From NCBI GenBank assembly GCA_963795295.1, contig CAWCHE010000001.1, positions 557,389 through 621,388 of the forward strand: a DNA stretch of 64,000 nucleotides, given 5' to 3'. Source of the DNA: an uncultured Solirubrobacterales bacterium. Lineage in GTDB: Bacteria > Actinomycetota > Thermoleophilia > Solirubrobacterales > 70-9. The translations under genes and the position numbers were made by a program. The stretch's first letter is position 1; every line of letters starts with the position of its first letter. Shown here piece by piece: positions 1 through 11,661 of this stretch. Below the pieces are notes generated by a model. That model saw only the letters and a program-made list of their open reading frames with translations. It had not been told where the DNA came from and did not search any database.

Positions 1-133
1 CGGCCGCGATCACTCGACCGTGCTCAACGCCCTGCGCCGCATCGAGGCCGGGATCGCCGAGGACCCGACCCTGGCCGGACGTGTGGAGAAGCTGCGCGCC
101 GAGATCCACAGCCTCGCGGGCAACCCGGGCTGA
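1..133 (+). CDS. dnaA: Chromosomal replication initiator DnaA, C-terminal end (5' part outside window)
   Basis: Reading from nt 2 gives GRDHSTVLNALRRIEAGIAEDPTLAGRVEKLRAEIHSLAGNPG, stop TGA at 131-133. GRDH(S/T)TV is the conserved DnaA domain IV motif. dnaN-recF-gyrB-gyrA synteny follows. Confidence 0.85.
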   Translation, partial: GRDHSTVLNALRRIEAGIAEDPTLAGRVEKLRAEIHSLAGNPG

Positions 134-161
134 CGGCCGATGACGCTGTAAGAATCAATGG

Positions 162-236
162 TCCCCACAGCTCTATCCACAACCCTCCAGCCGCGGTGCG
201 ATCAGCGATTCGACCTCGCGCACCGCGGTTTCCACA
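162..236 (+). promoter_or_regulatory. Three same-orientation DnaA-box-like 9-mers (xxTCCACA) in the dnaA-dnaN spacer; oriC-like or dnaN regulatory element
   Basis: GTCCCCACA (161-169), CTATCCACA (173-181, 8/9 to TTATCCACA) and GTTTCCACA (228-236) lie in the 133-bp dnaA-dnaN intergenic region, where actinobacterial oriC normally lies. Confidence 0.55.
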
Positions 237-266
237 GGTCCTAATCCAACTCAAGAAGGCAATCGC

Positions 267-1379
267 TTGAAGCTGAGCATCAAACGCGAGGAGCTGGTCT
301 CCAAGCTCTCCGTCGTCTCCAGAGCCGTCTCCACCCGCGCCGCGACCCAGGCCCTCTCCGGGATCCTGATCCGGGTCGGCGAGGACGGCGCCGGTGCGAC
401 CCTGTCCGCGACCGACCTCGAGATGGGCCTGCAGACCGGCCTCGAGGCGGAGGCCGACGGCGCCGGCTCGGTCCTGCTTCCCGGCCGCCTGCTCGCCGAG
501 CTCGCTCGCTCTCTCGGCGACGACTCCGTGCAGATCGAGGTCCGCGAGGCCGAGCGCGACGTGGAGATCCGCAGCGGCAGCTCGAGCTTCCACCTGCGGG
601 TGCTGCCGGCCGAGGACTTCCCGAAATTCCCGGCGGAGGGCGAGCAGCCGCTGAAGATTCCCGCCGCGGCGCTGGCCGAGACGGTCGAGGTCGTGGCCCG
701 CGCCGCCTCGCGCGACGACATGCGCCCCGTCCTCACCGGCGTCCTCGTCAACGCCGCGGCCGCCGAGATGACGATGGTCGCGACCGACTCCTACCGGCTC
801 GCGGTCAAGACCACGGCGCTCGACCCGCCGCTGGAGGGCGAGCTCGAGGCGAACATCCCGGCCCGCGCTCTGCGCGAGCTCGCCCGCGTCGTCGCCGCCG
901 ACGGCGTCGAGGAGGTCGCGGTCAGCCTGCTCCCGAACCAGGCGGTTTTCAGGGCAGGGGCCGTGATCCTCAACACGAGGCTGATCGACGGGCAGTTCCC
1001 CAACTTTCGACAACTCCTGCCGGAGTCCTACGACCACGACGTCAGGCTTCCCCGGGGCGAGTTCCTCGAGGTCGCCAGGCGGGTCAGCCAACTCGCCCAG
1101 CGCAACGCGCCCCTGCGGCTCTCGTTCGCCGAGGGGGAGCTGACGATCGCCGCCTCGACGCCGGACGTCGGTGACGCCGAGGAGACGATGCCCGCCGCCT
1201 TCGATGGTGAGGCGCTGGAGATCGGCTTCAACCCGGAGTTCCTCAAGGAGGGGATCGAGAGCGTCGAGGGCGACGAGGTGGTGCTGCGCCTGATCTCACC
1301 GCTGCGGCCGGGGCTCCTGCAGCCCGTGGACAACGAAGACTTCCGCTACCTGGTGATGCCGATCCGCCTCAACGTCTGA
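267..1379 (+). CDS. dnaN: DNA polymerase III beta sliding clamp
   Basis: 370 aa, TTG start. Full-length beta-clamp-like sequence (MKLSIKREEL...LVMPIRLNV) in the position after dnaA. Confidence 0.95.
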   Translation: MKLSIKREELVSKLSVVSRAVSTRAATQALSGILIRVGEDGAGATLSATDLEMGLQTGLEAEADGAGSVLLPGRLLAELARSLGDDSVQIEVREAERDVEIRSGSSSFHLRVLPAEDFPKFPAEGEQPLKIPAAALAETVEVVARAASRDDMRPVLTGVLVNAAAAEMTMVATDSYRLAVKTTALDPPLEGELEANIPARALRELARVVAADGVEEVAVSLLPNQAVFRAGAVILNTRLIDGQFPNFRQLLPESYDHDVRLPRGEFLEVARRVSQLAQRNAPLRLSFAEGELTIAASTPDVGDAEETMPAAFDGEALEIGFNPEFLKEGIESVEGDEVVLRLISPLRPGLLQPVDNEDFRYLVMPIRLNV

Positions 1380-1385
1380 GGCCCG

Positions 1386-2486
1386 GTGCTGGTCGCCGCC
1401 GCGGAAGCCGTCCCGCTGCGCAGCCTGAGCGGCATGCGGGTCGAGATGAGCGGCGGCATCGTCAGCCTGATCGGGCCCAACGGCGCCGGCAAGACGAACT
1501 TCCTCGAGGCGGTCTACTTCGCGCTCACCGGCCGCTCCTTCCGCACCAGCGACCGCCGCGACCTGATCCCCTTCGGCGGCTCCTTTGCCCGCGCCGAGGC
1601 CCTGGTCCGCGGGGAGGACGGGATCGAGCACACCCTGCTCGCCTCGGTCAGCCGCGCCGAGGGACGGCGCCACCTGCTCGACGGGAGCCCGGCGGACCCG
1701 GCGACCCTCGCCCGCCATCGCCCGCCGGTCGCCGTCTTCTCGCCCGACCGTCTGGCGCTGATCAAGGGCCCGCCCTCCGAGCGCCGCGCCCACCTCGACG
1801 GGTTCCTCGCCGCGCGCTGGCCGTCGCGCTCGGAGCTGCGGCAGCGCTACGCCCGCGCGCTGGCCCAGCGCAACGCCCTGCTCTCCCGTCTCGCCGCCGG
1901 CTTCGCCGCGTCGGGTAAGCTCGACGTCTGGGACGCGACCGTTGCGAGCGCCGCCGAGGAGCTGACGACGGCCCGGGCCGAGGCGGTCGAGGAGCTGACG
2001 GCGCCGTTCACCGAGGCGGCCGAGGAGCTCGGCCTGGGGGAGGGGGCGACGATCGAGTACGCCCCGCGCGCCTCCCGCTCGGCGGAGGGGATCAGGGAGG
2101 GGCTGGCGGAGCGGCGCGAGGCGGACATCAGGCTCGGCCGCAGCACCTGGGGGCCGCACCTCGACGAGCTCAAGGTCGCCGCCGACGGCAGGGGCCTGCG
2201 CCGCTTCGGCTCTCAGGGCGAGCAGCGGGCGGGGCTGCTGGCGCTGATCTTCGCCGAGCGCGAGGTGCTGATGAGGTCCCGGCGGGTGACGCCGCTGCTG
2301 CTCCTCGACGACGTGATGAGCGAGCTCGACCCCGAGCGCCGCGAGCGCCTGGTCGAGCGACTCGCCCGCGGCGGCCAGACCCTGATCACCGCCGCGGCCG
2401 TCGACTCGGTCCCCGCCGCGGCGAGGGAGGCCACCGTGCCGATGCCGCCCGAGCGGCCGGCTGAGGCGTACGCCGATGCCGCATGA
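1386..2486 (+). CDS. recF: DNA replication/repair protein RecF
   Basis: 366 aa. Walker A GPNGAGKTNFLEA, C-terminal LLLDDVMSELD signature, and origin synteny. Confidence 0.93.
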   Translation: MLVAAAEAVPLRSLSGMRVEMSGGIVSLIGPNGAGKTNFLEAVYFALTGRSFRTSDRRDLIPFGGSFARAEALVRGEDGIEHTLLASVSRAEGRRHLLDGSPADPATLARHRPPVAVFSPDRLALIKGPPSERRAHLDGFLAARWPSRSELRQRYARALAQRNALLSRLAAGFAASGKLDVWDATVASAAEELTTARAEAVEELTAPFTEAAEELGLGEGATIEYAPRASRSAEGIREGLAERREADIRLGRSTWGPHLDELKVAADGRGLRRFGSQGEQRAGLLALIFAEREVLMRSRRVTPLLLLDDVMSELDPERRERLVERLARGGQTLITAAAVDSVPAAAREATVPMPPERPAEAYADAA

Positions 2487-2808
2487 GCCGGCGGCGCCCG
2501 CGATGACCCGCCGCCGCGCCCCGCGCCCGGCGACGGAGGCCTTCCGCGCGGCACTCGAGCGGGCGGCCCCGAAGTCGCCGCTGGCGGCGCTGCAGACGGC
2601 CTGGGCGGAGGCGGTCGGCGAGCGGATCGCGGCCGAGACCCGGCCGGTCTCCTCACGCTCCGGGACGGCCGTCGTGCACTGCTCGGACCCGATCTGGGCC
2701 GAGGAGCTGGAGCTGATGCAGGGCCAGCTCCTGGAGCGGTTGAGGGAGCGGCTCGGCGAGCAGGCGCCGCAAAGCTTGCGATTTCGCGCGGGAGACGAGC
2801 CACTCTGA
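2476..2808 (+). CDS. DUF721/DciA-like protein (Rv0004 position)
   Basis: 110 aa, overlaps the recF stop. Contains ...TAVVHCSDPIWAEELELMQGQLLERL..., typical of DUF721 proteins found between recF and gyrB in Actinobacteria. Confidence 0.75.
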   Translation: MPHEPAAPAMTRRRAPRPATEAFRAALERAAPKSPLAALQTAWAEAVGERIAAETRPVSSRSGTAVVHCSDPIWAEELELMQGQLLERLRERLGEQAPQSLRFRAGDEPL

Positions 2809-2964
2809 GCGGCTTTTCCCGCGATTTGCAGGGATTTTGCCTGATACGGGCAGCCGGTCGGACCCCCGGAACTGGTATCCTTTATGTCAACCTGCATTGA
2901 CCCCGACCCCGGCTGCAGAGCGATCCGGGGGCCGGGGTTTTCTATGAGATCCGGAAGGGACTAG

Positions 2965-5400
<2,436 letters not shown>

Positions 5401-5494
5401 GCGGCGGCGGGGGTTCGAAGGGCGGGCAGGCTGATGGAGGGCGGCGACGCACTCGACCGGAGGGCGGATCGAGGAGCGCGAGCTGACGACCGAG

Positions 5495-8071
5495 ATGCGC
5501 TCGTCGTATCTCGACTACGCGATGAGCGTGATCGTCGGCCGCGCCCTTCCCGACGTCCGCGACGGCCTCAAGCCGGTCCACCGCCGGGTCCTCTACGCGA
5601 TGCACGACCTCGGACTGCAGCCGACCAGGGCGTACCGGAAGTCCGCCTTCATCGTCGGCGAGGTGATGGGCAAGTACCACCCCCACGGCGACTCGGCGAT
5701 CTACGACACCCTGGCGCGGATGGCGCAGCCGTTCTCGCTGCGCTACATGCTGGTCGACGGCCAGGGCAACTTCGGCTCGATCGACGACGACCCGCCGGCC
5801 GCGATGCGCTACACCGAGGCGCGCCTGGCCCGCCTCTCGACCGAGCTGCTCCGCGACATCGACTCGGAGACCGTCGAGTGGGGCCCCAACTACGACGAAA
5901 CGCAGCAGGAGCCGCTGGTGCTCCCGGCGCGCTTCCCGAACCTCCTCGTCAACGGCTCCTCCGGGATCGCGGTCGGGATGGCGACCAACATCCCCCCGCA
6001 CAACCTGCGCGAGTCGATCGCGGCGGTCAAGGCCTACATCTCGAACCCGGCGATCGACCTGGCCGGGTTGATGGAGCACATCAAGGGCCCTGACTTCCCC
6101 GGCGGCGGGATCATGAGCGCCGAAGGGGTGGCCGACGCCTACGCGACCGGCCGCGCCTCGGTCCGGGTCCGCGCCCGCGCCCACGTCGAGCCTCTCAAGG
6201 GCGGCCGCGACGCGATCATCGTCACCGAGCTCCCGTTCATGGTCAAGAAGGGCGGCGACGGCGGCCTGATCACGAAGATCGCCGACCTCGTCCGCGAGAA
6301 AAAAATCACCGGCATCTCCGACCTGCGGGACGAGTCCGACCGCTCGGGGATGCGGCTGGTGATCGAGACCAAGCGCGGCGGCGACCCGCCCGAGGTGGTG
6401 CTCAACCAGCTCTACAAACGGACGCCGATGCAGAACACCTTCGGCATCAACATGGTCGCCCTCGTCGACGGCGTCCCGAAGACGCTGAGCCTGAAGCGGA
6501 TGATCTCGCACTACGTCTCGCATCAGCGCGAGGTGGTCACCCGCCGCACCCAGTACCAGCTGCGCCAGGCCGAGGCCCGCGCCCACATCCTCGAGGGGCT
6601 GCTGATCGCCCTCGACAACCTCGACGCGGTGATCGAACTGATCCGCGCATCGAGCGACACCGATGTCGCTCGCGAAGGGCTGATCGAGCGCTTCGAGCTC
6701 TCCGAGCTCCAGGCCCAGGCGATCCTCGAAATGCGCCTTGCCCGCCTCACCGCGCTCGAGTCCGACAAGGTCCGCGAGGAGCACGCCGAGTTGATGACGG
6801 AGATCGCGGAACTGCGTGGGATCCTCGGCGACCCGGCGCGGATCGACGGGCTGATCGTCGAGGAGCTCGACGAGGTCAACGAGCGCTACGGCGACGAGCG
6901 GCGGACCGAGGTCACCCACTTCGAGGGCGACATGAACATCGAGGACATGATCGCCGACCAGCAGATGGTGATCTCGATCACCCACTCCGGCTACGCGAAG
7001 CGGCTGCCCCTGGCCACCTACCGCCAGCAGCACCGAGGCGGCCGCGGCGTGATGGGGATGGACATGAAAGAGGACGACTACATCGAGCACCTCCACATCT
7101 GCTCGACCCACGACTTCCTGCTCTTCTTCACCAACCGGGGCAAGGTCTACCGGCTCAAGGTCTACGAGCTGCCGGAGGGCGCGCGGACCTCGAAAGGCCG
7201 GGCCCTGGTCAACGTGCTGCCGCTGCGCGACGGCGAGAAGGTGACGGCGGTGATCCCGACCCGGGACTTCAGCGAGAACAAATACCTGGTCTTCGCGACC
7301 GCGAAGGGCATGGTCAAGAAAACCGAGTTCACCGCCTACAACACGCCGATCCGCGCCGACGGAATCATCGCGATCAAGATCCGCGACAAGGACGAGCTGG
7401 TCCAGGTGCGGCTGACCTCAGGCGACGACGACATCCTGCTCGTCTCCAAGTCGGGCCACGCCTCGCGCTTCTCGGAGTCGAAGGTGCGGGCGATGGGCCG
7501 CGACACCAGCGGGGTCAAAGGGATGAACGTCGCGGCCAAGGTCAACGGCGTCGAGAACCGGGTCCTGGCGATGGACATCGCGCGCGACGACTCGGAGCTC
7601 TTCGTCGTCACCGAAAACGGCTACGGCAAGCGGACCCAGGTGTCTGAGTATCCGGTCAAGGGCCGCGGCACCAAAGGCGTCCTGACCGCGAAGCTGACCG
7701 AGAAGAAGGGCGGACTGGCCGGTGCCCTGATCGTCCGCGAGCACCAGGACCTGCTCTTCATCTCCCAGAGCGGCATGGTCCAGCGCACCAAGGCCGGCGG
7801 CATCTCGCAGATGGGCCGCCCGACGCAGGGGGTCAAAGTGATGAACATGAAGGAGGACGACATCGTCTCCGCCGTCGCCCTCGTCGTCGACTCCGACACC
7901 ACCGAGGCCGACCCCGAGCTCCCGGTCGACGAGACCACCCCCGAGTCCCCGCAGCCTGCGACGGACGAGGACTCCCCCGAGGAAGCCGAAACCTCCGCAG
8001 ACGAGCCCCTCGCCGAAGAAGAGGGATCTCCCGACGAAGAGGATCCCCCCGCCGACGAGGACCAGGACTAG
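5495..8071 (+). CDS. gyrA: DNA gyrase subunit A with acidic C-terminal tail; true 5' end probably upstream (see finding)
   Basis: 858 aa. [28 protein letters not shown], the HPHGD motif and beta-pinwheel repeats are present. In-frame upstream codons [12 protein letters not shown] still look like GyrA. Confidence 0.95.
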   Translation: MRSSYLDYAMSVIVGRALPDVRDGLKPVHRRVLYAMHDLGLQPTRAYRKSAFIVGEVMGKYHPHGDSAIYDTLARMAQPFSLRYMLVDGQGNFGSIDDDPPAAMRYTEARLARLSTELLRDIDSETVEWGPNYDETQQEPLVLPARFPNLLVNGSSGIAVGMATNIPPHNLRESIAAVKAYISNPAIDLAGLMEHIKGPDFPGGGIMSAEGVADAYATGRASVRVRARAHVEPLKGGRDAIIVTELPFMVKKGGDGGLITKIADLVREKKITGISDLRDESDRSGMRLVIETKRGGDPPEVVLNQLYKRTPMQNTFGINMVALVDGVPKTLSLKRMISHYVSHQREVVTRRTQYQLRQAEARAHILEGLLIALDNLDAVIELIRASSDTDVAREGLIERFELSELQAQAILEMRLARLTALESDKVREEHAELMTEIAELRGILGDPARIDGLIVEELDEVNERYGDERRTEVTHFEGDMNIEDMIADQQMVISITHSGYAKRLPLATYRQQHRGGRGVMGMDMKEDDYIEHLHICSTHDFLLFFTNRGKVYRLKVYELPEGARTSKGRALVNVLPLRDGEKVTAVIPTRDFSENKYLVFATAKGMVKKTEFTAYNTPIRADGIIAIKIRDKDELVQVRLTSGDDDILLVSKSGHASRFSESKVRAMGRDTSGVKGMNVAAKVNGVENRVLAMDIARDDSELFVVTENGYGKRTQVSEYPVKGRGTKGVLTAKLTEKKGGLAGALIVREHQDLLFISQSGMVQRTKAGGISQMGRPTQGVKVMNMKEDDIVSAVALVVDSDTTEADPELPVDETTPESPQPATDEDSPEEAETSADEPLAEEEGSPDEEDPPADEDQD

Positions 8072-8082
8072 CTCGCCCCCTT

Positions 8083-8589
8083 TTACGCGGCCTGCGGTAA
8101 GTACTGCTCCCAGGCCGGCGGGATCTTCGGAGACGCCACTTGGATGAAGACCGTCGGCCCCGGCGCCTTCGGGCTCTTCTTCGGGTGCATCTGGATCTCG
8201 CGCGGCAGGCGGTTGCCCTTGCGGCGGTTGCAGGCGGCACAGGCGGCGACGATGTTCTCCCAGACCGACTTGCCGCCGCGGCTGCGGGGGATGACGTGAT
8301 CGACGGTGAGCCCTGACTTGCGCGAGCCGCAGTACTGGCAGGTCCAGGAGTCGCGGGCGAGGACGGCGCGGCGGGTGATCTTGCGGCGGTGCGCCTCGCG
8401 CGGGATCCGCACGTAGCTGACCAGCCTGATCACGTCCGGGCGCTCCATCGTCATGTGCTCTGAGTGGAGCGCTCCCTGACGGCGCTCGAGCAGCTCGGCC
8501 TTTTCCTTCAGCAGCAACACGGCGGCTCGTCTCAGCGTGCAGACGTTGATCGGCTCATACGTTGCGTTGAGTACGAGGACCCTTGCCAT
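8083..8589 (-). CDS. HNH endonuclease family protein (conserved stand-alone type)
   Basis: Starts at ATG MARVLVLNATYEPI. Contains CQYCG...LTVDHVIPRSRGG...W.N.V.AC..CN..KG HNH/zinc motifs. The longest ORF extends to 8631. Confidence 0.85.
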   Translation of the reverse strand: MARVLVLNATYEPINVCTLRRAAVLLLKEKAELLERRQGALHSEHMTMERPDVIRLVSYVRIPREAHRRKITRRAVLARDSWTCQYCGSRKSGLTVDHVIPRSRGGKSVWENIVAACAACNRRKGNRLPREIQMHPKKSPKAPGPTVFIQVASPKIPPAWEQYLPQAA

Positions 8590-8613
8590 GTTGGCTGAAA
8601 ATTGTACGTGGGT

Positions 8614-8699
8614 GAGGGGGCGGTCGGGCACCTCTCACCAAAACGAGCCGCCGGAGGCGGCTCTTGAGTGTTTTGGAGAAAGGTGCCCGACCGCCTCTC
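8614..8699. other. About 86-nt nested imperfect hairpin; its inner stem is a possible bidirectional terminator
   Basis: The outer 15-bp perfect stem pairs 8619-8633 (GGCGGTCGGGCACCT) with 8681-8695. The middle stem is CCAAAAC/GTTTTGG (8638-8644 with 8670-8676). The inner stem is GAGCCGCC/GGCGGCTC (8645-8652 with 8656-8663), followed by T-runs on both strands. Confidence 0.6.
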
Positions 8700-8710
8700 G
8701 GCGCCGGCTC

Positions 8711-9544
8711 TCAGCCCACTGGGTAGGAGCCGAGGACTCGCACCGATTCAGCCTTCTCTCGGAGCGCCTGGATTGCGGCGGCTACCGGGTCCTCGGAGAC
8801 GGCTCCCTCGAGGTCGCAGAAGAACATGTAGCGGCCCAGGCCCTGGCGCATCGGCCGGGACTCGATCCGGGTCAGGTTGACGGCGCGGTCGGAGAACTCG
8901 CGCAGCGCCTCGACCAGCGCCCCGGGGTGGTCTTCGCCGAGCTCGGCGAAGACGAGCGAGGTCTTCCAGGGCCCCTCGCCGACCGGCTCGGTCCCCGCCG
9001 GCGCGATCCAGACGAAGCGGGTGACGTTGTCGGCCTCGTCCTCGATCCCCTCGGCGAGGATCGTGCCGCCGTAGAGATCGCCCGCCGCGCGGGCGCCGAT
9101 CGCGGCCCAGGGCTGGTCGGACTCGCAGACGGTGCGCACGGCCTCCGCGGTGCTGCTGGTGCTCCGCAACTCGGCCCGCGGCAGCCGCTCCCTGAGGAAG
9201 CGCGCGCACTGGGCGAGCGGCTGGGGGTGAGAGATGACCACGTCGATCGCCTCGAGCTCGAGCGGACGGGCGGCGATCAGCTGGGGTCGGACGGCGTGGT
9301 CGTGCTCGCCGACGATCGTCACCTCGGTGGCGTCGAAGGCGAGCGCGTCGAGGGTGCTCCGCACCGAGCCCTCGATCGAGTTCTCGAACGGGACCAGCGC
9401 CCGCTCGGCCTCGCCGTTCTGGACCGCGAGGATCGCGTCGTGCACGGTCGCGGTTCGCAGCGGCTCGTGCTCGCCGACCGGCGCCGCCTCACGCAGCGCG
9501 TCCTCGGTGAAGGTGCCCGCCGGGCCGAGGTAGGCGATCTTCAT
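8711..9544 (-). CDS. pheA: Prephenate dehydratase
   Basis: 277 aa. PDT domain (IAYLGPAGTFTE, NSIEGSV) plus C-terminal ACT domain with ESRP motif (TRIESRPMR). Confidence 0.92.
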   Translation of the reverse strand: MKIAYLGPAGTFTEDALREAAPVGEHEPLRTATVHDAILAVQNGEAERALVPFENSIEGSVRSTLDALAFDATEVTIVGEHDHAVRPQLIAARPLELEAIDVVISHPQPLAQCARFLRERLPRAELRSTSSTAEAVRTVCESDQPWAAIGARAAGDLYGGTILAEGIEDEADNVTRFVWIAPAGTEPVGEGPWKTSLVFAELGEDHPGALVEALREFSDRAVNLTRIESRPMRQGLGRYMFFCDLEGAVSEDPVAAAIQALREKAESVRVLGSYPVG

Positions 9545-9578
9545 CCGAGCGGGCCGCTCCGCACGCGCGCCATCGCCC

Positions 9579-10706
9579 CTATTCGAATACGACCGTGTAG
9601 GTGGCTTCGTTGTTGGTCGTGACGTGCTCGCCCGGGACCGCCTTGACGTCGACTTCGAGCGTCACTTCGCCCGTCGGCGTCGGGATCAGCGGGATCGAGG
9701 CGATTTCGCTTTCGAGCGGTCCGATCGAGGTGATCGTCCCTTCCAGCGAAGAGCCGCCGTCGACGGAGACCGAGACCGAGATACTGTTCTCGGTCGATTC
9801 CCCCTGGTTTTCGACTTCGACTTCGACTTCCGGGGTTTCTTCGGCCGAGACCGTGGTGCTCGATTCGGCCGCCAGCGGGGTGCCGTTGATCGCGGTGCTG
9901 ATCAGGCCGAGCCCATGGACCCCTTCGGTTTCGCCGGTGTCTGCGCCGCTGACCGAGGAGAGGGCCGATTCGATCGCGCCTTCGTCGAGCCATTTCGTCT
10001 CTTCCGGCAGGAAGACGCTCTCGGGGACGTCGTCGCCTTCGATCCCGTTTTCAGACAGGACGCGGTCGATTTCCGGCTTCACCACCGACGCGTAGACGAC
10101 GTCGGAAGCGAGCAGCTTCTGCATCTGCTTCGTGACCGAGGCGGTCGCCTTCTCCGAGCCGACGTCGCCGAGGGCGGTGGGGACGCCGCGGTGCTGGTCG
10201 GCGATCTCGGCCATCGCCCCGGCGCGCAGCTCGTAGGTCAGTTCGAGCGCGGTCTGGGCGTGGCCCATCTCGCCCGGCGCGCTCAGCCCTTCGACCCTGC
10301 TGAGGTAGCTGTCCATGGCGCTGCGATCGGCGTTGACCTCGGCGACGAACTCGGTGACCGAGAGTTCCCCCGGTTCGGAGAGATTCTGGAAAAAGCCTTT
10401 GCTGGTCTTTTCGGTCTCTTCGACGATCTGGGTGACGTTGCGGGCGTAGTCGCTGAGGGCGCGTGTCTTGCGGGCGTCGAGGCAGCCCTTGACGCCGATC
10501 ACGATCAGGACCAGGACCAGCAGCCCACCTCCCAGCGCGAGCGCCCGCCGCAGGACGATCTGCTGGCGCTGTGGGCGGCGGGGCGCCCGGCGTTTACGCG
10601 CGGGCCTCGATGAGGACTCCTCCAAGGGGCTGCTCTCCAGGACTCGTTGGCTGGCCGGAGAGTATGAACTCTGGCGGCGGGTTGCCGCAGGATGCCGCTC
10701 CTGCAT
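9579..10706 (-). CDS. Single-pass membrane protein with C-terminal CARDB-like beta-sandwich domain
   Basis: 375 aa. Basic N-terminus, TM helix LALGGGLLVLVLIVIGV, and a C-terminal EVEVEVENQGES...VTLEVDVKAVPGE...NNEATYTVVFE pattern typical of CARDB. Confidence 0.6.
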   Translation of the reverse strand: MQERHPAATRRQSSYSPASQRVLESSPLEESSSRPARKRRAPRRPQRQQIVLRRALALGGGLLVLVLIVIGVKGCLDARKTRALSDYARNVTQIVEETEKTSKGFFQNLSEPGELSVTEFVAEVNADRSAMDSYLSRVEGLSAPGEMGHAQTALELTYELRAGAMAEIADQHRGVPTALGDVGSEKATASVTKQMQKLLASDVVYASVVKPEIDRVLSENGIEGDDVPESVFLPEETKWLDEGAIESALSSVSGADTGETEGVHGLGLISTAINGTPLAAESSTTVSAEETPEVEVEVENQGESTENSISVSVSVDGGSSLEGTITSIGPLESEIASIPLIPTPTGEVTLEVDVKAVPGEHVTTNNEATYTVVFE

Positions 10707-11648
10707 GCCGAATGCCGAAATGCAGTGGTCGGCTCCCTGGTCCTAAATCGCTTCCTGATCGAGCGCCGCATAGGCAGCGGCGGCTTCGGCACGGTCTACG
10801 AGGCCTGGGACGGCCGTCTCGAGCGCCCGGTCGCGGTCAAGGCGATCGATTCCGGCGGCTCCGAGGGCTGCGGCCGCGTCCTCCGCGAGGCCCAGGCGGC
10901 GGCGCGGCTCAACCACCCCGGCATCGTCACCCTCTATGAGATGGGGGAGGAGGACGGCAACGCCCTGCTCGTCACCGAGCTCGTCGACGGCTCGACCCTG
11001 GACGAGCTCAACCGCGACGGCGCCCTCAGCGACCGCGAGATCGCAGAGATCGGCGCCGACCTCTGCGAGGCGCTCGACCACGCCCACTCCCGCGGCGTCG
11101 TCCACCGCGACATCAAGCCGCAGAACGTGCTGGTCGCCGAGGATTCGGAGCCGCGGGCGAAGTTGATGGACTTCGGGGTCGCGCGGGTCGCCGACTCCGC
11201 CGCCCTGACCGCCCCCGGCGACGTCGTCGGAACCCTTGCCTACATGGCGCCCGAGCAGGCGGAGGGCCGCTCCGACGTCGGCCCGGAGGCCGACGTCTAC
11301 TCGCTGGCGCTGATGCTCTACGAGTGCTGGAGCGGGGAGAATCCCAACCGCCGCTCGACGCCTGCCGCGACCGCCCGCGCGATCGGAGGGAGGACGAGGC
11401 CGATGCGACGGCTTCGTCCCGACCTTCCGGCCGAGCTGGGGACGACGATCGACGAGTGCCTGCATCCGCGGCCGACACACCGGCCGACGCTCGAGGAACT
11501 GGGTGGAACGATCGAGGAGTCCCTGGGCGAGCTCGCCGACGGCGCCCACGGTCACACCCACGCGCTCGGCGCCCGCCTCGGCGTGGCAGCCGCGGCCGCG
11601 GTCCTGGGCGTCTGGCTCGCCGCCGGTCACGGCGTCGCTCTCCCGTAG
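10692..11648 (+). CDS. Ser/Thr protein kinase (Hanks type), short C-terminal TM anchor
   Basis: GSGGFGTVYEA, VAVK, HRDIKPQNVL, DFG and APE motifs. The start is probably a few codons inside the ORF (GTG about 10725). Confidence 0.88.
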   Translation: MPLLHAECRNAVVGSLVLNRFLIERRIGSGGFGTVYEAWDGRLERPVAVKAIDSGGSEGCGRVLREAQAAARLNHPGIVTLYEMGEEDGNALLVTELVDGSTLDELNRDGALSDREIAEIGADLCEALDHAHSRGVVHRDIKPQNVLVAEDSEPRAKLMDFGVARVADSAALTAPGDVVGTLAYMAPEQAEGRSDVGPEADVYSLALMLYECWSGENPNRRSTPAATARAIGGRTRPMRRLRPDLPAELGTTIDECLHPRPTHRPTLEELGGTIEESLGELADGAHGHTHALGARLGVAAAAAVLGVWLAAGHGVALP

Positions 11649-11661
11649 GATTTCAGCCGGT

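Noticed and set aside
8083-8631. HNH endonuclease next to gyrA as a homing endonuclease, mobile element or defence gene.
   Set aside because: It is a small stand-alone HNH protein with no flanking repeats, integrase, intein or group I/II intron context, and no partner genes. This type is a widely conserved actinobacterial housekeeping-like gene, so I see no evidence of mobility.
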